Positions 43,606 through 52,235 of a DNA stretch of 64,000 nt are shown here, piece by piece. The notes beneath the pieces are model-generated. The model did no database searches, was not told the origin of the DNA, and saw only the letters and a program-made list of their open reading frames with translations. The position numbers were made by a program, and so were the translations under genes. The stretch lies in the NCBI GenBank assembly GCA_965224085.1, contig CBDCYI010000011.1, forward strand, positions 1,120,001 to 1,184,000, in the 5' to 3' direction. This stretch comes from Candidatus Marinacidobacterales bacterium (GTDB lineage Bacteria > Acidobacteriota > Vicinamibacteria > Marinacidobacterales > SMYC01). Positions within the stretch are counted from its first letter, which is position 1. Each line of letters starts with the position of its first letter.

Positions 43606-45197
43606 GGGTCCTCCGTCGCACCTGCGGCCTTCGCTTTGGCCACGATCGCCTTCACGTCGTCGAGAAGCTCGGACGCGTCATAGACGATACCGTCCTTGAT
43701 CGTGTAGTTCACCCCGCCTACCCGGCCGGGGCGATTGTTCTCGTCGAGCTTCAACGCACCGGTGCCGTAGAGCACCTTCAAGTTCATCAATGGATTCTCG
43801 TCGACGACGACGAAATCGGCGAGCTTGCCGACTTCCACCGTACCGATCTCGTCCGCGCGGCCGAGGGCTTCCGCTCCTTTGAGCGTCGCCGCCTGAATGA
43901 CCGAAAGCGGATGAAAGCCCGCTTCCCGTAGAAGCTCGAGCTCTCGAATGAAGCCGAAACCGTAGAGCTTGTAAATGAAGCCGGAATCCGACCCGGCAGC
44001 GACGCGCCCACCGCGGTTTTTGTACTCGTTCACGAACATCATCCACAGGCGAAAGTTCTCCTTCCACTCGACCTCGTCCTCGGTGGTCCAGTAGAACCAG
44101 TAGGAGCCGTGAGCCTCCCGGTTGGGCGTGAAGAAATTCCAGAGCGACGGCAGGGTGTAGTCGTCGTGCCACTCTGCTCGGCGGGCGCGCATGAGATCCC
44201 GGCTAGCCTCGTAAATCGTGAAGGTAGGCACGAGGGTGAAGTCGAGCTCGATGAGCTCGTTCATGACCGCGTTCCAGTGGTCACTGAACGGCTCGGCAGC
44301 TTGCTTCCACAACCGACCTGCCTGGCCAAAGCGATGCTGCTCGTTGTTGTAGTTGTAGTCGAGGGGGTAGTTCTGAACGGCGCGGTCGGTGAAAAGCGCC
44401 TCGGGCAGACCGTACCAGTGCTCCATCGAGGTCAATCCCCAGCGCGCGGAGTCGAGAACGTTGTTCCATGCGACGTTGAGCTGGGAGTGGTGGGATGCGG
44501 TTTTGAGCCCCTGTTGCTTGGCTTCGTCGAGTGCTCCTTGCATGACTTCGGGACTCGCCCCCAGAAATTTGATACCGTCCGCGCCCGCGCTCGCGATCTC
44601 TCGTACCCACGCCCTTGCCTCCTCTTGTGTTTCGATCGATGCCTCTTGCCCTTGCCCGAAGAACGAGTAGATGGATAGCCGCGGCGCCGTGATCTCGTTT
44701 CGCGCGCTCTTCGCGCGATGCTCCTTCATCCAGTCAATGCCATTCATCGATCCGGGGTCGCGCACCGTCGTGATGCCGTGACCCAACCAGAGCTTAAACA
44801 CGTATTCCGAAGGTGTCCCTTGCTGGGTCCCACCCACGTGGCCGTGCATGTCGATGAGACCGGGTAGCAAGTACATCCCGTCGAGGTCGATTTCTCGGCC
44901 GCCGTTTGCCGGCGGACGATTCTCGGGGTCGATAGCCACTCCCGGATAGCCGACACTCTTGATCTGAACGATACGGTTGGCTTCCACGACGACATCCACG
45001 GGTCCTACCGGCGGTGCGCCCGTCCCATCGATGAGCGTCGCTCCTCGTAGAATCAACCGGTCGAACGGGCCCTCACCTTCCGCGCGCGGAGGCGCAGGAG
45101 CGACCTCCTCGATGGCGGTGACGTTTTGCTCCTGAGCACGAGCGGCCCCTCCGAGCCCGATGACGATTACTGAAATGATGACCAGAATACGGTGCAT
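43596..45197 (-). CDS. Secreted amidohydrolase family protein (paralogue of 40510-42132)
   Basis: LPGLIDMHGH and long identical peptide blocks shared with the first paralogue. Confidence 0.9.
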   Translation of the reverse strand: MHRILVIISVIVIGLGGAARAQEQNVTAIEEVAPAPPRAEGEGPFDRLILRGATLIDGTGAPPVGPVDVVVEANRIVQIKSVGYPGVAIDPENRPPANGGREIDLDGMYLLPGLIDMHGHVGGTQQGTPSEYVFKLWLGHGITTVRDPGSMNGIDWMKEHRAKSARNEITAPRLSIYSFFGQGQEASIETQEEARAWVREIASAGADGIKFLGASPEVMQGALDEAKQQGLKTASHHSQLNVAWNNVLDSARWGLTSMEHWYGLPEALFTDRAVQNYPLDYNYNNEQHRFGQAGRLWKQAAEPFSDHWNAVMNELIELDFTLVPTFTIYEASRDLMRARRAEWHDDYTLPSLWNFFTPNREAHGSYWFYWTTEDEVEWKENFRLWMMFVNEYKNRGGRVAAGSDSGFIYKLYGFGFIRELELLREAGFHPLSVIQAATLKGAEALGRADEIGTVEVGKLADFVVVDENPLMNLKVLYGTGALKLDENNRPGRVGGVNYTIKDGIVYDASELLDDVKAIVAKAKAAGATEDPRL

Positions 45198-45274
45198 GGC
45201 TTTCCCTTTCCGTCGTTGGCTTTCCCGAAGTATACCGGGTCGCGGGACTGGTCTAAGGCGCGGCCCCTTCTCGT

Positions 45275-46830
45275 TTACTCGAAGCCCGTCACGCCCAGCT
45301 GCGTGAGGAGAAAAGTGAGTTCGGACGCGCGGTCTTCGATGACTTGCGAGAGCGGCAGCCCGCGGCTCGCGGCGTGGCCCGCTTTTTCGTGATAGCGCAA
45401 GATGACGGGCAGTCCTGAAGAGGTCGCGTTCTGAAGCCGCGCGGTCATCTTGCGCGCCTGGAGCGGTGGTACGCGCGTGTCGCGATCGCCCGACGTGAGC
45501 ATGACCGCGGGATAGCGGGTCCCGTCCGACACCGCTTGGTATGGGGAGTATTTGCGGAGGAATGCGAACTGCTCCGGGATAGAAGCATCTCCATATTCGA
45601 GAAGCGCGGGCAAGTTGTTGGTCTTCGTGAAAGTGTTGAACCGGACCATGTCGAGATCGGGGAAGCCGCATAGGACCGCTCGAAAAAGTTCCGGGCGCTG
45701 GGTGAGGGCGCTCGCGACGAGGAGCCCGCCATTGCTGGCTCCTCGGATCGCGAGCAAGTCGGAGCGCGTGTAGCCGCTCGCGATGAGCCATTCGGAAGCC
45801 GCGAGAAAATCATCGAAGACGTTCTGTTTGCGCTCGAGCATGCCATCGCGATGCCAGCGTTCGCCAAATTCGCTTCCACCGCGCAAGTTGGCGAGCGCGA
45901 AAATGCCGCCATGCTCGATCCAGGCAGCCGCCATCACGTCGAAACGGGGCGTCTGCGCGGCGTTGAAACCTCCATAGCCATGCAGCAATGTGGGCGCTGG
46001 CGAGTGTTCTGACCGGTCTGCCGCGTGCACGAGATATATCGGTATTTCGATGCCGTCCTTCGACGGGTAGCGGACCTGTTCTACGACCAGACCTGTCGCA
46101 TCGAAGTGCACCTCGGACGCGCGCCATACCTCCCGCGCGTCGGTCTCGAGGTCGACGAGATAGGTCGTCTCGGGCTGAAGGAAGGACTCGACCGTCAGGA
46201 GTGCCTTTCCCGGCCCGGCCTCGCGAAGCGTGGCGCGGTGATGATCGGGAATCGCTACCTCTCCCGCCGCCGCGCCGTCGAGCGCGAAGGCTCGGATGCC
46301 CGCGCCGACGTTGTGGAGATAAGTGAGGTAGAGCTTCTCGCCGATGATCGTGAAGTATCGACTCGGGCCGTTCGGTCTGGGCTCATGTCATGCGGGTCGA
46401 GAACGAGCTCGTAATCTTCGTCGGGCTCGATGCGTACGAGCGCGTCCTCCTCCGGGGCCGCTCGCCGGTAGATGACGGGAAGCTCTTGCCCGGCGCGCCG
46501 CAAGGTGAAGTACTCGAAGCTGCCACCTTTTTGCGTTGGGCCGATCCTGTCCACGTCCATGAGCTCGCGAAGCCGAGCCCGTAGCTGGTCGCGCAGCTCA
46601 GGTTCTCCGATGATCTGTTCGGCGTAAACGTTTTGGTGATCGATCCAGTTCCGGGTTGCGTCGTCGTCTTGCGCCTCTAGCCACCGATAAGGATCCGGGA
46701 TGGCTTCGCCGTGGATCGTGTCCACGATGTCGCCGTGCGCCGTCGCTGGCGGCGCCGGATATGGGGACGTGCAAGCGACGGTCAGAAGCGCTGCGCTCGC
46801 CATCAAGTTGACTCTTGCTCTACTCATCAA
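45275..46830 (-). pseudogene. Prolyl oligopeptidase (S9A) with internal deletion near 46355
   Basis: N-terminal DPYRWLE; C-terminal GASNGG, DTRV, AGH catalytic motifs. The beta-propeller is shortened and the frame broken. Confidence 0.85.
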
Positions 46831-46832
46831 CA

Positions 46833-48605
46833 TCATTGGGCTCCTTCGAGTTTCGCCTGGATGAAGCTTTCGACTTGCTCTTCCAATACAGGCATCGACA
46901 CCGGACCGTTCAAGAGCACGACGTCGTGAAACTCGCGCACGTCGAACTTCTCGCCGAGCCTCTCGGTCGCGCGCGCGCGGAGCTCGCGAATCTTGAGCTC
47001 GCCCATCTTATAGGCGAGCGCTTGGCCTGGCCAAGCGATATAGCGGTCCGTTTCGGTCGTGACTTCGTGGATGGAAAGCGCCGTCCTCGCGGCGAGATAG
47101 TCGATCGACTGCTGCCGTCGCCAGCCCATCGCGTGGATGCCGGTGTCGACGACCAGGCGGCAGGCGCGCCACATCTCGTAAGTGAGACGTCCGAAGTTGC
47201 TATAGGGATCTTCGTAGAAGCCTGCCTCGAGACCAAGTCGTTCCGAGTAGAGACCCCAGCCTTCGCCAAAAGCGCCGATGCCGGAGAAACGGCGAAACGC
47301 GGGCAGATCCGTCAACTCCATGCGCAACGCGTTTTGTAAATGGTGCCCGGGCACGGCCTCGTGAAGGGTCAGCGATTCCAGTGTGTAGAGCGGGCGGTTC
47401 TCGAGCTTGTAAGTGTTGACCCAATAATATCCTGGCTCATGACTCCCGACCGCGGGGCCGACATAGCGGCCGCCGGTGTATTTTGGCGCGATGTGATCCG
47501 GGACCGGTTGGACACCGTAGGGGAGGCGGGGGAGTGTTTGGAATAGAGATGGAAGCTTGGCGTCCATTTTTTTCGCGATGAAAGAGGCCTCTTTCAGCAG
47601 CTCCTCGGGGGTCTTCGCGTAGAAGCGCGGATCGGTGCGGAGGAAATCGAGAAATGCGCGAAAACCGCCCTCGAAACCAACCTCTTCGATGATGGCGACC
47701 ATCTCGGCTCGGATGCGCGCGACCTCGGCGAGCCCCGTTTCGTGGACTTCTTGGGGCGTGCGATCGAGCGTCGTGAAGTGCCGGACGAGATAGGCGTAAT
47801 ACGCGTCGCCGTTCGGAAGCTCGGACGCGCCGATCGACTCGCGTGTGCTGGGCCGATACTCCGTCCTCATGAACTCCAAAAAGGCACGATAGCCCGCGAC
47901 CACGCCGTCCATGATGGCCTCTTGCGCGCTCTCGCGAAGGCGCTCGTGCTCGGCCTCCGGGATCGACGCGGCAAAGCGGGTGAGCGGCGCATAGAAGAGG
48001 CTGTTTTCGGGTCGGTCGACGACGTGGCTTTCGATCGTGACGTCATAGCCTTCGAGAACGACCCGCGGCAAGCTCATCCCGGTCTCGAGTCCTTCGCGCA
48101 TGAGCCCGATATGTTGGTCCACATATCGCGGGAAGGCTCGAAGCCGGGCGATGTAGTTTTCGTAGTCCGTCGTCGCCTCGAAAGGCATGCGGCTCGGGAG
48201 CCGCGAGAAGGCGATATGGAATCCGGAATCCGCGTTGATCGGGATCTGAAACGACTGGAACACGAACTCCGACAGAGCGTCCGCGAGCTCACGCGCGAAC
48301 ATGTCGTAGCTGATGCGGTCCGCTGGTGTTAGCTGGGAGCGGTCGATGGTCCGAAGGCGCTCCAAGAACCCGCCGCGGGCCTCGGCGCGTCGCGTCTCGT
48401 CCTCGGTCGAAACCGATGGTAGAAGATGGTCGTTCTCGTGATGTCCGACGCTCGTCGCGCGCAAAGGGTTTTCCCGAAGCTCGAACGCCCAAGCATCTTC
48501 AAAAAGAGCGTGCAAGCGTTCACCTGGGTCGATGCGGCTCGACGGGCTTTTGTCGCAGGCGATGAGCATGAAGAGGGGAATAAGTGCTATCCACGAGGAA
48601 CGCAT
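46833..48605 (-). CDS. DUF885-family lipoprotein
   Basis: Lipobox LIAC; HEAVPGHHLQ, EGWGLY, RACRLVVDTGIH, PGQALAYKMG. Confidence 0.9.
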   Translation of the reverse strand: MRSSWIALIPLFMLIACDKSPSSRIDPGERLHALFEDAWAFELRENPLRATSVGHHENDHLLPSVSTEDETRRAEARGGFLERLRTIDRSQLTPADRISYDMFARELADALSEFVFQSFQIPINADSGFHIAFSRLPSRMPFEATTDYENYIARLRAFPRYVDQHIGLMREGLETGMSLPRVVLEGYDVTIESHVVDRPENSLFYAPLTRFAASIPEAEHERLRESAQEAIMDGVVAGYRAFLEFMRTEYRPSTRESIGASELPNGDAYYAYLVRHFTTLDRTPQEVHETGLAEVARIRAEMVAIIEEVGFEGGFRAFLDFLRTDPRFYAKTPEELLKEASFIAKKMDAKLPSLFQTLPRLPYGVQPVPDHIAPKYTGGRYVGPAVGSHEPGYYWVNTYKLENRPLYTLESLTLHEAVPGHHLQNALRMELTDLPAFRRFSGIGAFGEGWGLYSERLGLEAGFYEDPYSNFGRLTYEMWRACRLVVDTGIHAMGWRRQQSIDYLAARTALSIHEVTTETDRYIAWPGQALAYKMGELKIRELRARATERLGEKFDVREFHDVVLLNGPVSMPVLEEQVESFIQAKLEGAQ

Positions 48606-48674
48606 GATCGTCTCCTTGTCTCTTGGCGGCCCTGGATAGCAAGAAGCCATACCAGTTGTCAACGAGCGCAGCTC

Positions 48675-48929
48675 TCTTTCTGTGGTGCGGAGGCTCCGCA
48701 CCTGGAGGCGCTTTACCGGAAATATCGGGAGCAGGATGTTCAGGTGTTCGTGGTAGACGTAAAGGAATCCCAGACCACGACCGCGGAGTGGGCCGACAAG
48801 ATGGGCCATACGTTTCCCGTCCTTCTCGACGCGGACGGCACGGTGTCGGCGTCGTGCGCGCCAGAGGGGTTACTCCCTGATCTCGCACGAGATCAGGTGC
48901 CCATTGCCAGCAACCTCATCATTGATTGA
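48675..48929 (+). pseudogene. AhpC/TlpA-like redoxin fragment
   Basis: SFCGAEAPHLEALY...FPVLLDADG...NLIID; the N-terminus and the first CxxC residue are missing. Confidence 0.7.
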
Positions 48930-48990
48930 AACGCATCGATTCCACCTTCCGTCGACTTCAGTTCCGTTGGGTGCGAGCTCTGAAACGAGC

Positions 48991-50778
48991 TCAGCAAGAA
49001 ACGCAGCGGTTGTTGTTCACCGCGCCGAGACTCACGAGAAGATCGCGCGCCTCCGGGAACGGCTGCACGCGCTGAACGGGTCCATTGGCCATATCAGCGG
49101 TGGAGCGATCTTCGCGGTTGACGGCGGTGACGTCGGCGCCTTTCGAGACGAGATACTCGATCAGCTCGACGTGACCCATCGAGGCGGCGTTGTGAAGCGG
49201 CGTGCTGCCTTCTTGATCCCGCGCGTTCACGTCCGCCCCGCACTCTTCCACGAGATAGCGGACGGCCGGCATGAAGCCTGCCGGGTGGTTGCGATGGTCG
49301 TTCGCGGCGAAGCCTTCGCCATAGCCCGCGCCCGTCGCACCGTGTAGCGGCGTCATCGCGGGCCCGCCGACGGGAACCGGCGCTTGCCCGGACACGTCTT
49401 TGATCTCCCGCGCGCTCTGGTTCGCGACCGGCGGACGATAACCGGCATTGCTCGTCGGGATATTCGTGTCCGCGCCATAGGCTCGTAGGAGCTTCATTGC
49501 AGCGACGTCGCTTCCATAGGCAGCGCGCCAAAAAGGTGTGGCGCCTATCTCGTTGATCGACGAGCGGTCGAAGTTATAGCCCATGAACCACACTTTTTTC
49601 TTCACACGGACGTTCGGGTCCGCGCCCGCTAAAAGGAGCGCTTCCATCAGCTCGAGATGGGTGAGCTTTTGTTGTTTGTGCGCGGTCGGTTGCGGGTAGG
49701 CCGCCCGCGGCGCCCAAGCTAGATTGATCGTCGCGTAGAGCGGCGTCACGTCTGCTGGCTCGCTCGCAAGATTGGGATCCGCGCCTTCGTCCACGAGGAG
49801 CTTGGCGAGATCGAAGTGGCCGTTCATCGTCGCGATGAGGAGCGGGCTCGTCTCGCTGCCTTCGGCGACACGATCGATGTCTGCGCCGGCCTCGAGAAGC
49901 GCTCGGACGGAGTCGGTCTGGCCTTGCCGCGCCGCGAAAAGAAGTGCGCTCATCCCGCCTTGCACGCCGACGCGGTTACCGAACGGCTCCCGCTGGCGCC
50001 GAGGCGGTTCGTTCTCCTCGCCGCCACCAGGGATCATCCAGCCAAAGAGCTTCGCGAAGAAGCTCTTTTCGGGCTTTTGGTCATCCTCTACTTGCGCTAC
50101 GTCGTCGCCCGCAGCTTTGGCGCGTGCCTTGCGCAAATCCTCGATCCGCTTCTCGAAACCGTCTCGGATGGCTTTGTTGAGCGTCGGCACGTCGATGACG
50201 TCGGTCACGAGGCTCAGCTCGGCGCCGCGCTCGATGAGAAGCTCGATCACTCTGTGTCGACCGTTGGCCGCGGCGAACATGAGAGCCGTTTGGCCGCCGC
50301 TCGACTCGCGGGCGTTGACATCGGGCTCGCGATCGAGAAGGAGGCGGACCGACTCGACGCTTCCCGAGGCGGAGGCGAACATGAGCGCGGTCGCGCCGGT
50401 CGTCGTGGCGTCGTTCGCGTCGGCCCCCGCAGCGAGAAGCGTCTCGACCATTGACGCGTTTCCGTGCTTGCTCGCGAAAAGCAGAGGCGTATGAGCCCCG
50501 AGCCGAGTGGTCGCGCGGACGTTCGCTCCCGCGTATAGAAGCATCTCTGCCATTGCGACGTCGTTTGCGCGCGCGGCCCAGTGGAGCGCCGTCGTGCCCC
50601 CGCCTTGAGCCGCGTTCACGTCGAGCCCTTGCTGCAACAATGCGCGTACCACTTCACGGTCGCCTTGCTCTGCCGCGTCCGCGACGGGGAAGGGGCTCAT
50701 CGTGACGTCGACCGGCCCTGCTGCCGCCAAAGCAAAAACGCCGAGCGCGAGAATCATCCGGTATCGCATCTTTCTCAT
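48991..50778 (-). CDS. Secreted ankyrin-repeat protein
   Basis: Many TALHWAA/TPL...GADVN repeats; ends in CVSC. Confidence 0.92.
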   Translation of the reverse strand: MRKMRYRMILALGVFALAAAGPVDVTMSPFPVADAAEQGDREVVRALLQQGLDVNAAQGGGTTALHWAARANDVAMAEMLLYAGANVRATTRLGAHTPLLFASKHGNASMVETLLAAGADANDATTTGATALMFASASGSVESVRLLLDREPDVNARESSGGQTALMFAAANGRHRVIELLIERGAELSLVTDVIDVPTLNKAIRDGFEKRIEDLRKARAKAAGDDVAQVEDDQKPEKSFFAKLFGWMIPGGGEENEPPRRQREPFGNRVGVQGGMSALLFAARQGQTDSVRALLEAGADIDRVAEGSETSPLLIATMNGHFDLAKLLVDEGADPNLASEPADVTPLYATINLAWAPRAAYPQPTAHKQQKLTHLELMEALLLAGADPNVRVKKKVWFMGYNFDRSSINEIGATPFWRAAYGSDVAAMKLLRAYGADTNIPTSNAGYRPPVANQSAREIKDVSGQAPVPVGGPAMTPLHGATGAGYGEGFAANDHRNHPAGFMPAVRYLVEECGADVNARDQEGSTPLHNAASMGHVELIEYLVSKGADVTAVNREDRSTADMANGPVQRVQPFPEARDLLVSLGAVNNNRCVSC

Positions 50779-50798
50779 GGTCTACCCGGTCTCATGGT

Positions 50799-52235
50799 CT
50801 ACCCGGTGACCTCCGTTTGGCTCACTGGAACGCTCGTCAAGTCGAGCGGCTCGGTGCTGTCTCCGAAGGACTCGCGATCGTCGAAGCCGAGCTTGTGCAG
50901 AACGCTCAGCATGGCGTTGGCTGTCGGCGTTTGGTCGGCCGCTTTGATGTGAAGGTTTCCTGGGAGCTGGCCATTCGCGTGGCCAGCGAGAAAGAGGGGA
51001 ACGCGTTTGTGGTTGTGAATGTTCGGGTCTCCCATCGGGGAGCCGTAGAGAATCAGGCTCTTCTCTAGAAGGTCGCTCCCGTTCTCCTCGGCGTCCTGAA
51101 GCTTCTTCAGCAGATAGGGCACGAGGCTCACGTGGTAGAGGTTGATCTTCGATAGCTTGATGACGCCTGGCTCCCGGCCCCTGTGATGAGAAGCATTGTG
51201 AAAGCCTTCGTAGACGCCGCTTTCGGGAAACGAACGCCCCGAGACATCGCGGCTCATCTTGAACGAGACGACGCGCGTCATGTCGGCCATAAAGGCAAGC
51301 GTCATCAGATCGAACATGATCTCGACGTGCTCGCTATAGGAGTCGGGCACGCCGATCGGGGCATCCGGAAGCTCGCGGAGCTCGCCGCTTTGGTTGCGCT
51401 CTTCGACTTTCTCGATGCGCCGCTCGATCTCCCGGATGTTCTCGAGATAGGCATCGAGCCGGTTTCGATCGCTCGGGCCGAGCGTTCCTTTGAGCCGTGC
51501 GACCTCGCTCGGGATCCAGTCGAGGATGCTGCGATGGGCCTCGCGCCGCGCGGCACGCTTTTCCGGACTTCCGCCGGAGCCGAAGAGCTGGTCGAAGGCC
51601 AGGCGCGGATCGCGGATCATGGGGAGCGGCTCTGTCGCCGATGCCCAGCTGATTGTATCCATGTAGACGCAGGCATAGCCGTAGAGGCAGCCGCCCGACT
51701 GGTCCACGTTCTCGATACACAGCTGCATCGAGGGGATGGGATTGTCTTGGCCGAACCGCTGAGCGTAGAGCTGATCGAGCGACGTTCCCGCGGTAATGTC
51801 CGAGCCTTCGGTTTGCTTCGGGTGCGATTGCGTGAGGTAGACGGAGCTCGAGCGGAAATGGTCGCCTCCGGTCTCCGGCGGTGTGAACGCCTCGGCGTTG
51901 CGGGTGTCGGTGTTGCTCACGATCGTGACGTAATCGCGAAAGGGTTCGAGCGGGCTCAAGCTGCTCGGCGTCAAATCGAAATCGTGGCCCACGGCGGCGG
52001 GCGACCAAAGGTTTTTCTCGGCGCCGATCTTGTTGCTGCCGGCGGCGCCATGCACCATCTCCATGCACACCAAACGTGTTGGGTCGGTGGTCGCCCCCCA
52101 GGCTTTGCGGGTGGGGATCATCGCCTCCAACATCGGAAGCGCCACCGTTGCGCCCATACCGCGCAGCACGCTGCGGCGGGATATGTGTTTGTTCGTTACG
52201 TACACGGGACTCTCCTTACGGATGTTGAACGACAC
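50799..52235 (-). CDS. DUF1552 protein (Tat signal)
   Basis: SRRSVLRGMGA..ALPMLEAM, GGDH, SLDQ, H.ASHH. The start is probably near 52205. Confidence 0.88.
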   Translation of the reverse strand: MSFNIRKESPVYVTNKHISRRSVLRGMGATVALPMLEAMIPTRKAWGATTDPTRLVCMEMVHGAAGSNKIGAEKNLWSPAAVGHDFDLTPSSLSPLEPFRDYVTIVSNTDTRNAEAFTPPETGGDHFRSSSVYLTQSHPKQTEGSDITAGTSLDQLYAQRFGQDNPIPSMQLCIENVDQSGGCLYGYACVYMDTISWASATEPLPMIRDPRLAFDQLFGSGGSPEKRAARREAHRSILDWIPSEVARLKGTLGPSDRNRLDAYLENIREIERRIEKVEERNQSGELRELPDAPIGVPDSYSEHVEIMFDLMTLAFMADMTRVVSFKMSRDVSGRSFPESGVYEGFHNASHHRGREPGVIKLSKINLYHVSLVPYLLKKLQDAEENGSDLLEKSLILYGSPMGDPNIHNHKRVPLFLAGHANGQLPGNLHIKAADQTPTANAMLSVLHKLGFDDRESFGDSTEPLDLTSVPVSQTEVTG

